A DNA stretch of 63,986 nucleotides, filler included, from Diploschistes diacapsis (lineage: Eukaryota): the NCBI GenBank assembly GCA_023645945.1. It is 6 parts of 6 records of this genome, joined end to end, with 100 filler letters (N's around TTAATTAATTAA, not from the genome) between each part and the next. Parts side by side here need not be neighbours in the genome. Positions count along the whole stretch, not along the records: positions 1 to 29,526 come from JALAIB010000133.1; positions 29,627 to 36,539 come from JALAIB010001334.1; 4 more parts are not named here. One strand, given 5' to 3'. The translations under genes were made by a program, and so were the position numbers. Below the pieces are notes generated by a model. The model was given only the letters and a program-made list of their open reading frames with translations, ran no database searches and was not told the DNA's origin. The number at the start of each line of letters is the position of its first letter. The stretch's first letter is position 1. Of this stretch, positions 21,641 through 33,255 are shown piece by piece.

Positions 21641-23748
21641 CTATCTCGTTCCATAGAGGTCCTGCTTTACCATCTGCCGACAGATCGGATGGTAGAAATC
21701 TTTATTCTTTTCAAACGTCTTCACCGCCAGATCCCGGTCAACTTCATTCAAAGACCTGAACAATGGCCGGACAAACTTCATGCGGCCCACTCTGCCTAAC
21801 AGCTCTGCTGTGGGCTGATTCACTGACGAGTCTTTGGCTTTCATGGCTACCTTGAAGAAACGCGCCGTAATCTCTACATTCTGTCTCCTGGAAAACTGAT
21901 ATGCATCATCCATCTCTTGAGACTCCTTAGCACTAATAGAGGGCTCGAACGTCTCAACGCGTTCAAGGAAAACGACGATCTGGTTGCCGCTCAAGCCCTC
22001 GATGTCTTTACCGCTGGGCTCAAAATCCGACTTGCCTCGTGCTCGAGCTTTCCATTTGTCGGCCAGAGCATAAACAACATCGGCTAACGACGTGTCATAG
22101 TCCGGCTTCGGTGGATACCCGGGCTTATAGAGCCAAGAATTCCAATCAAGGCTTTTGAGCTTCTTCGAGGACTCATTGTCTTTTGCAAAGAACGATAGTA
22201 AGGTGTCCTTGAACTCGAAGGAATCGAGCGACTTTCGTGCAAATGCAGAGAAGTAGTGGGATATGAACTCATCAAACTTGGGTTTGCCGACCAGCTTTTC
22301 GAGATAATAGAGAAAGATAAAACCCTTCTCGTATGGTACGCTTGAAAATGCATCATCGGGGTCTTTGCCCGTGAGATCTGGACTCATCTTCGTGAACTCA
22401 TGGTCCGTTCCGAATCGATCTACCGAGTCGGACAGAGCCTTCCAACCAAGAATAGCTGAGAAACCGCGATGCGCCTCTCCATGAACTTCGGCTTGAATGC
22501 GTCGCTCAAGGTATGTAGTCCAGCCCTCGTTGAGCCAAAAGTGCTCCCAAGATGCACAACTTACAAGATTACCACTCCAGCTATGGGAAAGTTCATGTGC
22601 AATGACATCGATGTTCTCACGATCCTGATCATGCTGTTAGAGATTCATGTCCTTCCATAGGTAGATCTTCTGTACTTACCCCTGAGATAATGGTCGGCGT
22701 TGCAAAGGTGAAAACAGGATTCTCCATGCCTATTGTTATGAGAACCTACTACGGCCTGGGTATTGAAGGGCCATACCGCCATAAGGGAATGAAGGTGGTA
22801 AGACCAGCACATTATAAGTAGTCCATGCATAGGGGGTTTCTTTTACGATTTTCTAGAAAACTAATTAGCAACCCTACGGCAGCGTGCCCGAGTGTCCTTT
22901 ACCTCCGCAGCCTGCATGAATCTTTCCATATCATCTTCCAGCTCCCACTTGGCAGCAGAAAGTTCTTCTGGCCCCGTGGCTACCACGCTTCGAGGACCAA
23001 TTGAGGCCGTTGCAATGTCGCCACTAGCAATGGCGAAGAGATAGCTTGGAATTGGAACCTGCTGTTTGAAGGTGTACAGCAGCGTACCCGGATCCTTCCC
23101 GGAGCCATGCTTGAAGTCTTTCGATCCTGTTGGCAGACCGCTGGCTATAACGGGCAACGGCGAGCGGAGATTGAAGTCCACAGTTGCTTTGACGTCTGGT
23201 GTGTCCTGGCAAGGAAAGACGGACCTGGCATGTATAGCCTGGCACTGGGAGACTGGAAATGGTAAGCGACAATTATTTGCTGTTCTCGACGTTGCGTACA
23301 CATATAGGGGTGCTTCTTGTTCGAAGTCTGCTCCGGTGTCATCCATTGTAGCGCTGTACACTCGTCGGTCGTAGCCACGTCAATCTGCCAGGCTTGTCAA
23401 AGGCTTCCTTACAGCAGCAATAATACGATGTACCGCTAAGTTCACATGCTTCCCAACCGTAATCTCTTTGCTAATGTGGACCTTCAGAGCGCTCCCATAA
23501 GGTTCTGTCCTGGATCCTAAAGACCATTTAGTGGGAGAGCCGTCGACCTTGACCTCGGTCAAGTGCAGGTGGCTTGTATCCAGTACGATTTCATCGCTTG
23601 GCTGCAGGGTCTCGAGACTGAGATGTACGTTGCCATTGAGCCGCTTCTTTGAAAAGTCAATATTCAAATTAGCAGTGATATGCCTGGTTCTAAATTTATC
23701 GTAGTTGGACAGTGTGTTGGGGTCACGAAGGCTCGACGTGTTCGCCAT
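21641..23748 (-). CDS. LAP2: Leukotriene A4 hydrolase / M1 aminopeptidase
   Basis: Multi-exon gene with RDPNTLSNY, SQCQAIHARS.FPCQDTP, GGMEN, HELSHSWSGNLV...WLNEGWTTY (HExxH-E) and GRMKFVRPL. An alternative upstream in-frame ATG lies at 23829. Confidence 0.93.
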
Positions 23749-23976
23749 TCTGATGAATGGAGAATTCCTCGAGCATGGAATGCGGGACAGGCGTCCTGCT
23801 CGGAAGACGAAGATTAGGTTTCTTTGCATGAGGGGTCATGGTGGTATGGGAATTGATAGTCTGGTTCATGCGGATGAGGTCAAGTGCTTAGTACTTCAGT
23901 ATCACGAAGCGGGATTGAACTATCATTAAATATGTATTTTTGCGGCAAAACAGGGTGCCATAGTCTAAAAAAGTAA

Positions 23977-25085
23977 TTACGACTTCTTTTCCGTGGCTGA
24001 GGATGAAAGCGCTTTTGCAGGCTTTTTTTGTATTTTCGAATCCCCTGCAGGATCCATCAACCTACTCCTGCCCTTGACGATGGCCTCCTCGGAGGAAGGA
24101 TCACCAAAGACAATATCACCGCCGGCAATCACTTCGTCAGTCATTGTATCGAAGCCTGCCAGCACACTTCGCATATAGCTAACAATCTCCGCCAACCTTC
24201 GAAGGTCAACATTTTCGTCGCCTTTGCATATGTTCCGCCAGACTGCTGCAGCCAGAACCGCATCCCCTTTCATAAGGCCTTCATCGTAAGCGAAGGTCAG
24301 CCCTCTCCATTGGACAAAGAGATCTTTGAGGTATTTGTTGCGAATCATGCGTGAATTGATCCTGTGCATGGTTACCATGCGATCCTCCGCCAAGTGAAAG
24401 AAGTGGTCCGTTAAGTGCTGGTGCCATGTAGGCGCGTGTTCTGCAGGGAAGCAGCGTAACCGAACGGTCAAAAGATACATGTGGAGAAAAGTGATCTGAG
24501 CCCAGGTATTGAACGTCGGCGTCATTCCAAGACCTAATACGAATCAGTGGATAAGTTCGTAGGGGGGCGTGCTGCAACCAACTTTGATACCACCAACTAT
24601 TGCCCACCCCCACGTCTTCCCCTTTGTCGTTCTGAGGTATATCTGCTCCCTGTTCGCTCGCCTGTGGGATTGTATAATCCGCGACCATGGCGCATTCTTT
24701 GACTAGTTGTTCGCACACGCCGTAGGCGACGTACGTCTCCGTAAAGCTCGGTGCAGCTTTTCGTACTTCTTGAGCGAGCCTGCGGGTTGCACTTGCTGGC
24801 ACATTTTGAGCTTCAGGGGTTGCTTCTTTCTTTGATCTTATAACAGGGGAAGTTGAACTGGGTTGTCGAGAAGCTTGCTTTGTTTCTGCTACTCCCTGAA
24901 AGGCCCTGAGGCAAGAGCTTGCGGAGAACAGGCGGAAAAGTTGCGGATGCACGGGATAACGTCGCTTCAGCTACAGTCTTAGCAATTGTTGCGGGTGTAT
25001 CGAGGCATTAAATTACCTTTGGGCATGCAATGGATTGTCTGTGCAATGTGCGCAAACAGTCAATGCAATGAGTTCGCACAGACAT
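23977..25085 (-). CDS. CBP3: Ubiquinol-cytochrome c reductase assembly chaperone
   Basis: Three exons starting MSVRTHCIDCLRTL. TETYVAYG, and PTFNTWAQITFLHMYLLTVRLR...QWRGLTFAYDEGLMKGDAVLAAAVWRN. Confidence 0.9.
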
Positions 25086-25329
25086 TGCGGTTTAGTTGGT
25101 GCTTCTATGAAAGAATTATTGAAAGGTTCGAGTTGATTTTCACCGGAGAAAGCAAATACTGCACGTCATGACAGGGAGAGCTTTATCTGAATGCTTGGCA
25201 GTCAAGAGCTGTGTCATCATCCTCATCAAGCCTTAACCCTCGCTATATTTACAGTTTTCCTCCAACGCCGCGCTTCGGAATACTCGTTGATCGTTGATCG
25301 TACAGGCATAAGATTCCTATCACAGCCGC

Positions 25330-26257
25330 TCAACCAAGCTTCACATGCTCCAGCGTTTTGTTGACCACGGGCAGAAGATCTGCTATGCTGCTCGGATTTC
25401 GCATCTGGGCGTGCACATCTCGTCGATTGGTCGATAGCTTCTACAGCACGAGTTAAAGGATAGCCAAAGTAATACTCAGAGTTTCCAAGGCTTACCATGC
25501 GAACTTTTTCATAATTCTCTGCCTTTGCAACATACTCCCTGGTTACATCTCCAGTCCTGAACTCTATAAAGACTCGTGTGTCCCGCAGCCGGAAGAGCAC
25601 GTTATCGAGACGCATAAAGAACCTTGATAACAGCAGCAGTCTATCAGGCATCACACGGATCTTGCAGGACAACATCGTGATACCATTGTCGGCCATTTCG
25701 TCCTCGTAAAGTACCACCTCGTCGAAGAAAAGGATGGGGTCTGGTCGCTTTAGAAGCTCCAAAGGAATTGGTGTTTCCGTTGGAGTAAATGCTGGGGCGT
25801 CAGCAGCCAGGGTTCCTTTGTAGTCTGTACTGTAAGACCAGTCGAAGGGTTTCACCACACGGTTGATGCTTTCGTGTTGATCTTGTCTGCGGAGAACCCG
25901 AGTAAGAGAAAGAGTCCGTTCTGAAAGCTTACATACCTACCTTGTACTCTGCCACTCTTTCGAATGCGCCACTTGAAGCATAGTCTCTCCAGTTTTGTCT
26001 ACTCGGTTGAGTGCATCAAAAGTATTAAATTCAATGGCCCAGCCGCTCGACGGATGTTCAATGGTGATAGAGTTGTCTCCAAATATCATTTCTGGGACAG
26101 CTATCCCAAGCTTTGCTGTCATTTTATCGATGGGTTCAGCTTTGAGAATTGGCAGTTTCTTGGTAGTAACCTTGAACCCCGAGCGGGTGATGCTATTGCC
26201 AGCATCTGCTGCCCTGGGAAACCGAGTGTTCGGATCTTGCCTACCGTTGATGGCCAT
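25330..26257 (-). CDS. TIP41: TIP41-like PP2A/TAP42 regulator
   Basis: Three exons. KLPILKAEPI...VPEMIFGDN, VKPFDWSYSTDYKG, DPILFFDEVVLYEDEMADNG, RFFMRLDNVLFRLRDTR. Confidence 0.93.
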
Positions 26258-26640
26258 TGCGGGTAAGAATGTACTTTAAGAGTTTCTCGATGCCCAATCG
26301 TGGATCCCGGATGCCTGAGCGTTGATACAGTTACGCTTCAAGATGCGCTTTAGAATAACCTGATAGGAGAAGAACTGATGCTGCGGGCCAAAAACCTTGT
26401 GGCGGGGTTTTGTCGATCAGGAGCTGTCTCCGACTCATCATGATTGGCCGCAAACCGTCCAGAGCTCCGTTGCCCGGACGATCAAGCTAGGACAACAAGA
26501 CTCCGCCCATCGTATCCTCTTCCCAACATTGACCTTCCCCAAGCTCTCATTCTCTCCGTCAGTCAATAGCTCGCCATTGCCCAGGTGCATTTTGCTCGCT
26601 TCATTCTTCGCCTTTCCTCGTCCTGTTTCCACTCCCATTT

Positions 26641-27986
26641 ATGGCGATTCGTATGCTAGAATCCGGTCTTAAGAGCTTAACCGTAAACGACGAAAACGAG
26701 CCGCAGAATGGTGGCTCGACGTACCACAAGTCCAAGGTTAGTGGATTATCTACAGCGGGAGTTCTTTCACTCACTATTGCTAGGGCTCACTATCGACTGC
26801 TATATCAATTACAGGACTGAGCTCAAATACGCAATTGACTTCAAATCCTAGCCGCACAAACCTTCTAAAGACCGCTCTTCAAAATAACGGAGATTACAAG
26901 GCGACCACGAGTACAGTCACGACAGTCACGGTACCTGGCCAAGCTGTGCAATGGAAAGGCGGCAACCCACTATCACCACCACGCAAGGCGTCTGGTGCTG
27001 TCGCACTGATACAGAGCACGGAAGAGGCGGCATTGCAGCGAATCTCAAACCCACCACTTTACCAAGTACCTGCACCCAAGAAATTCCACCTCGGTATGTT
27101 TGAGATCGGCAAGCCGCTCGGGAAAGGAAAATTTGGTAGAGTCTACCTCGCTCGTGAGCGGGTTTCTGGGTTCGTTTGCGCGCTCAAGGTTCTCCACAAG
27201 AGCGAACTGCAGCAAGGAAAGGTCGAAAAACAAACTCGCCGCGAGATCGAAATTCAGAGCAACTTGCGCCATCCAAACATTCTGAAACTATACGGTCACT
27301 TTCACGACAGTAAGCGTGTCTTCTTAATCCTCGAATACGCTGGGAAGGGCGAACTCTACAAGCATCTCCGCAGAGAGAACAAGTTCCCGGAATGGAAGGC
27401 TGCGCAGTACATTGCACAGATGGTCTCGGCACTCAAGTATCTCCACAAGAAGCACGTAATGCACCGGGACATCAAGCCAGAGAACATTCTGGTCGGTATC
27501 CATGGGGAAATTAAGATTTCCGACTTCGGCTGGAGCGTGCACGCTCCGAACGACAGACGAAACACAATGTGCGGCACGCTCGACTATTTACCCCCGGAGA
27601 TGATCAGGCCTGGCGCGCATGACAACTACTACAGTCGAGCAGTCGATCTGTGGAGCCTGGGAGTTTTGACGTACGAGTTTCTCTGCGGCGAAGCACCATT
27701 CGAGGACGCACCAGTTCAGACACAGAGGCGGATAGCAAGGGGTGACTTTCAAGTACCGGCGTTTGTCAGTGCAGAGGCCCGTGATCTGATCAAGAAGGTG
27801 AGATGGTCTTCCATTCTACTACATCTTGACGCTAATCCTGTCTAGTTGCTTGTCCTTGACCCCGAAAAGCGGATCTCGCTAGAAGACGTCCAGCAGCATC
27901 CGTGGATCCTCAAACACTGCGTCACAGGCGAAAGGAGGACTGAGCGCACAAGCGCAAGCAGCAAAGACTCCAATTCCTCAGAGTAG
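26641..27986 (+). CDS. IPL1: Aurora kinase
   Basis: Exons 26641-26736, 26784-27797 and 27846-27986. [53 protein letters not shown]. Confidence 0.95.
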
Positions 27987-28165
27987 GTTTTAGCATGTAT
28001 TGAAAGATGATTTCTGGCGTTCGGTTGCATTATGGAACAGAGTCGCATAGTGCGCGGAGTTGGATGGCGCTCCTATTCGCAATTTTAGCTTTTGGCGACG
28101 CATACGACGCTTAATCAACCACACCATATTCAAAGATCGTGCCATATGTACCGTGAAAGTAGCAC

Positions 28166-29147
28166 TCATCTATAAATCTCATCAAAGGGCCTCGTATCGC
28201 TAAAGCAGCTCTCCCAAACTTCATTCACCGCCTTCACGGCCTCAACATCATCCTTACAGAATGGCCTGCCCCGGACACTCAGCACCGCCCTCCGCCGCAC
28301 GCACTCCTGGTGCTGCTGCGTGAGCTTCCACTGGCCCCGCGTCACAAACTCGCGCATGAACCGGCACTCGCCGCTCAGCGAGCTCGCGCGTATCTCGGCA
28401 CACGCGGCGTGCCGCAGGCTACTCTCCCAATCGACTTTGAAGCGCAAGTGGTCCCAGGCGTGCACCATTTCTAGCATTCCCTCGTGTCAGCGTTGTTATA
28501 GACTAGGCTGTAGGTTGGCGGGATTGACAAGGAGCAGAAGGGGGTATGGAAATATAGAGCGTGGGAAGTACCGTGAGCGAGAGTGTCCTCCACATGGCCT
28601 TGATTCCGCATCTCGTTTGCGCATATCCTGATGCCGAAGCGCGGGTCGAAGCCGCCGGACGTCCGCTCCGGGCAACGCTGGCAGTAAATGTTCTCGGCGT
28701 TGAGGTCCGCGCCAAGCTTGTTGATGTTGTCGCGCATGAACCTGATTATCGGACCTGTGTGCAACAGAGGCGCCCTTGTTAGCCATATTGATTTCTTAGG
28801 GGTGGATGGGCGGAAGGGCGCGCTCTTGGCGTGGGCTTTGAGCAGGACTTGCAGGAAGGAGCATGGGCTGTAGAGAGTAGCGAGGGGAAGGGTAGTAAGA
28901 GGCTGTGTCTTTTACTGTAACTGAGGAGGTAGTCCCTGTGCTTCTCGCATCTCTTGCAGTCGGCTTCTTCGTGCCGTATGTCGCGGTCCCGGCGGTAGTG
29001 CTCTTTGCCTTCATCGGTCATGCGGCCCGTCAGCAGGGAGAAGAAGTTGCGCCATCGTGTTGTGGAGTCTTCGCCGGGAATGTAGCCAATGTCATTTGGT
29101 AATGGCAATGGTCTGTCAGGTGTGTCAGTGGGCTCATGGGAAGCCAT
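28166..29147 (-). CDS. ATP23: Mitochondrial inner-membrane metalloprotease Atp23
   Basis: Three exons. [26 protein letters not shown]...[14 protein letters not shown] (HExxH), [26 protein letters not shown]. Confidence 0.93.
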
Positions 29148-29188
29148 AAAGTAGACAAAAGAGCATATATTTACTTGTCCTAAAAATA

Positions 29189-29235
29189 ATGTGTCTGCCG
29201 ACACATGATATCGTCCTCCGAATTCTTAAGCGAGG
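29189..29235. repeat. 47-bp hairpin-bearing interspersed repeat, copy A
   Basis: 39/47 ungapped identity to 43332-43378. Stem-loop ATGTGTC-TGCC-GACACAT. Confidence 0.7.
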
Positions 29236-29247
29236 TAAAAATCAATA

Positions 29248-29442
29248 ACGTGTTTCACCACTTAACGGATCACACCACAAAGCGGCTCACTACATTATAA
29301 TGTAAATGCGCTAGATAGTTTTAAGCGAGCTTTTGCATAAAATTATTTGTAGGAAAGGTGAAAATGTTAAGAAATACATTTTACGAAGGTGCAGGGATTG
29401 TGAGCCGCTTTGTGGGGTGGGCCGTTAAGTGGTGAAACACGT
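29248..29442. mobile_element. MITE, Tc1/mariner (pogo/Fot1-like), copy 1
   Basis: 195 bp. 43-bp TIRs starting ACGTGTTTCACCAC (40/43 match), flanked by TA on both sides (29246-47, 29443-44). Confidence 0.88.
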
Positions 29443-29526
29443 TATTTATTTAAATATAGATCAAAGTTATTAACAATTCACCGTGAGCTCGTTATGTTTT
29501 CGAATTGTTTTAGACCGGGATGATGT

Positions 29527-29626
29527 NNNNNNNNNNNNNNNNNNNNNNNNNNNNNNNNNNNNNNNNNNNNTTAATTAATTAANNNNNNNNNNNNNNNNNN
29601 NNNNNNNNNNNNNNNNNNNNNNNNNN
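29527..29626. other. Artificial contig spacer
   Basis: N44-TTAATTAATTAA-N44, giving stops in all six frames. Confidence 0.98.
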
Positions 29627-29639
29627 GGGGTACACTCAC

Positions 29640-29810
29640 GGGACATGTGCCTCCAGAGACGATACGGTCAAAAGACAAAGCATCCGGAATACCAGCTGGG
29701 CTCGCTGTACTGATAGAGCTGAGAGAATCCCTGACGGAGGGTTTAGATGAGGTGGATTGTCGATCCGAGCTCACGTAGGTTGGGCGACGGTATGTCAAAG
29801 AATACACCAT
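29640..29810 (-). CDS. First exon of a fungal RGS-domain protein (partial, runs off contig)
   Basis: MVYSLTYRRPTYV...GIPDALSFDRIVSGGTCP followed by a GTGAGT donor. I recognise this N-terminus from fungal RGS-superfamily proteins, but the RGS domain itself is not in the window. Confidence 0.6.
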
Positions 29811-30484
29811 GGTGACAGCGGGCTCAAGATGGAGGGCTCTATAAAAAAGGAATGACTGAGAGTTGGCTCTAACGAGGGTGGGTGGAACTGTAGGGAAGGA
29901 CAGCGATTGAAATGACACAACGCATTCTTTTAGGTAAATAACATCGGGAAAGACCGACAAAGGGAGGTGAAAAGGGGAAGAGGTGCTATATAATAAAGCG
30001 CATTGCCGTGTGGATCACAGACCTGAGTACTTGCCAGCGGATACGAATGCCCTGGGGAAGGAGCGACTGGGCTTCAGCCCTCCAGGTGAAAGTCAAGCCG
30101 TTGATTCGTCCCATATCCCATATCCCATATCCCCTACCTTTAAGGTTGCGGAGACCCACGCCGCCACGAGTTATGGACATTTCTCTTTCGTGCAACCTCA
30201 TAAGTTCATAACATGCCACGCGGGGCGAGGTTGCATTGAATGTCAGGGTAGGATCTTGAATACCGAAGAGAAGACTTCCCACCATGCATGGTCAAGGGTT
30301 GGACGGGATTCGGGAAACATCTCGCATAAGCTTCCCTTTAGGCCACATCCAACAGATGTACATGTAATCTCACGACACCAAGCACTTTTTGATGAGATGA
30401 TTCCGTGCTCTACTACTACCTTGTAAGTTGGATCTGGGTTTTGAGCGGGCTCTCGACTTCTTCTTGAGCTACGAACGAAGAAAA

Positions 30485-30537
30485 ACAAAGACAAAGACAA
30501 AGACAAAGACAAAAACAAAAACAAAAACAAAAACAAA
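30485..30537. repeat. (ACAAAG)n/(ACAAAA)n hexamer microsatellite
   Basis: Directly visible tandem hexamers. Confidence 0.9.
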
Positions 30538-30567
30538 CGGACACCTTTCGCGTAAATTCCGGGGCGC

Positions 30568-31748
30568 AGTTATTCTGACGGAAATTTATTTTTTTTACCC
30601 CTTTAAGCCTAATAGGGCAGATGGCTCCCGCGCACCCGCGATACCTCAAAATGTATATAAATCATATAGAATTTTAAGTATTCTCAATTTTTTTATTACA
30701 TAATTTCAATTATTTAAATAATGAAGCTATTCACAACTTCATTTTACTAATAAATATGTAAATAGGCGCGATGCAGCCCCGTAGACCCCTCTAATCCCTC
30801 TCTGCCGCCCCAACGCCCGTTCCTGCAGCGTAGCCTTCCGCTGCTCCTCCCAGCCGGCCCCCGCGCTCCTCCTTTTCGTGTCCGGATGCGCCTTAAGGTA
30901 GGCGGCGCCGGCGTTACGGACACCGTGGCAGGAAAGTCACTTGCCGCCGGCGACCTCGATAGCGGTGCGGAGGTCGGGATCGTCGACGCCGCGGAACTGC
31001 CGGGCGATGTCGGCGACCGAGAAGCCCAGAAAGACCTACCGGGCCGCGAGGTTCATAAAGACACTCGGGACCTTAACGCGGTCGGCCTTCTCGAGGCTAT
31101 TAACGTGAGCGTCGGCGCACTTACGGATACGCGACAGAACGACGTCGCCGTTGGATATATAAATGGTCTTAATTACCATTCCATATTCTAACGCGTCCCG
31201 GGTTGTCTTCCTCCTCTTACCAGGGTTGACGACGCATAAATCGACAACCTACTCTTTCCGCCACCGGCGACATCGGAAAATCTCCGTCGCCTTATAGCGG
31301 TCCCGGAGGGACCAGACGTTGTCGACGAAGGGCCACAGGGCAGCCTACTGCGCGGCAGAGAGCGTGAGCTCCTCGTTTACGGCGAAGAGACACTCCCGCC
31401 ACGCGACGAGATCCTCGGGGAAGGCGTGGAGGCCGGAGGACGGCGTCGAGGAGCGAGAAGGGACGGCGGAGGGGGAGGGCGAGGGCGTAGGGGCTGGCGG
31501 CCCGTCAAGGGCGGCGTTGGCGCCGACGAGCAGGCGCTCCAGGTCCTGCGACATTGTATTAATCAAGCAATAAGCTTCGAGATGCTTATTGCTCGAGATT
31601 GAGCATTCGATAGAGCTTCGAAATACTCGAAAATTTGTATGAGGGAAAAAAAAAAAAAGAAAGAAAAATTTGCTTAGTAGTAGAAAGGGAAGCTCACCTA
31701 CCTGTTTAGGAATAGGGGTAAAAAAAATAAATTTCAGTCAGAATAACT
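30568..31748 (-). mobile_element. Degenerate, internally deleted Mutator-like (MULE) DNA transposon relic
   Basis: 35-bp inverted repeats at 30568-30602 and 31714-31748 (34/35) enclose a stop-interrupted reading frame. The outer ends and TSD are not resolved. Confidence 0.7.
30720..31554 (-). pseudogene. Transposase N-terminal fragment with four in-frame stops
   Basis: One frame from ATG 31554: LWPFVDNVWS...FRCRRW...KRRKTTR..EYGMVIK...HVNSLEKAD..KVPS...AGGK*L..HGVRNAGAAYLKAHPD. Stops at 31345, 31249, 31036 and 30937. Confidence 0.65.
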
Positions 31749-33255
31749 ATGCTGAAATGGCGTCGGGCCCTCCGTACTTGGTTACGTAAAAGATCGACCA
31801 ACATAGCCTTCCTCCTTCCTCCATTTACCTAAAAGAGCTGTAAGTCTTTTATTCAATTAAAATCAATGTACTTCGCTTCGTAGATGTAAGCAGCACCGAC
31901 CATGTGTGATCTGGGTACTAGCGGGGATCCTTGAGATCTAGATGTACCGGCAAATGCCCACACACCTCCATACCACACACCTGTGTGTGCCCACAGCGTA
32001 TGTGTATCCATGTGGCTCCGAAGGCTTCGAAAGCTGAAACTGGCGCGGTGGAGTAGCGAGGTGCGTCCATATCAAGGGAAATCTGCATCGACATGCCTGG
32101 AAATGACTCTACAGCTGCTTGCTCCTACGCTGTATTTTGCAGAAACCAAATTTGGCGGGCTAGCTGGAGAGAATTTGCGGCACTAAAGGAAAAGGATCCG
32201 AATCTCTAGCTAGGAGAACCAGCCTAATTCCCGCGCCAACATCCCTTAAGTTTCTAATCAGGCTCAGCTACTAGAAGATCAGCCTTTCCTCTGTGACTAA
32301 TAAGCCAAGAATTCAGGTCTATGCTAACAGCTGGACATGGTCCAGACCCAGTATATTCTTATGTTCTTATTTCCGTAGAAGACCCGGGATTGATGCACAG
32401 TCCATAACCTACTTTGTAGCTCTCTTTGCAAAACATCGAAGTAATGATGGATGTTCTCGATCCTCCCACCCCCCCAGATTCCTCCTTATCTCAAGGGTTT
32501 TTGGCTTCTGTCGGCACATCGACCCTCTCTACTGAGAGTCTGGGAACCACCCCAACTTGATGCAGCTTCCAGGCCATCCAAAGGGCCCAAGGTACGATAT
32601 TGGAGGGAAGAGTCTAACTTTGGCACAGTCTCGGGTCCAGTGTTTCGGCATAGAAGCAAAAGCTGCAGGTGATATGCCCCGCACAGCAGTTGGATCCGTG
32701 GACAGACTTCTTTACTCCGCTGCTCTGCTACTACTTACTATCCGTACTGCCGATCTCCATCTCAACCAGACCTACCATGGAACCAACGTTGCAGATTCGC
32801 GAGTAATCAGCGCCCGCTGACGGACATCGCCAATCTATAGGCTGGGAAAGAGTACGCGAGAACGCGGCGGTGAGAGGATACTCGATGTAGGAAACTGGAA
32901 GGGCGTGCAAATGTGCAAATGCTTGGGCACGGCGCATGCACGTTTGGTGAGCGATAATATACATGACACGGGGAGTAGATTGTCTTGAGCGGCGACCAGT
33001 CACCAACATTTGATTTTCAAACGTTCAAGTCAGCCTTTGTGAACCCACGCCCATTACGCAAGGCCTCCTGGCCGGCCAGTAATACAGGTATCAGGAGTTA
33101 TCCGAGTTTCTGCACTTCGCTTTGCGTATGTTTTAGCATCAATCCAGTATCTCGTCAACACGCAGATTGGATATCTTTCCAAGTCCTTCCTGTGCACGCA
33201 TGTGACTTGATGGCTGTTTGTGGGGTCATACTCGCGTTTCATTCGCAGTATCTTC

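Noticed and set aside
30416..30703. ORFs with KTKTKT / FLFLSLSL / CFCFC repeats
   Set aside because: Translation artefacts of the hexamer microsatellite.
29925..31836. 14-bp inverted match TCTTTTAGGTAAAT / ATTTACCTAAAAGA around the MULE relic
   Set aside because: Short, AT-rich, does not extend and has no TSD; likely chance.
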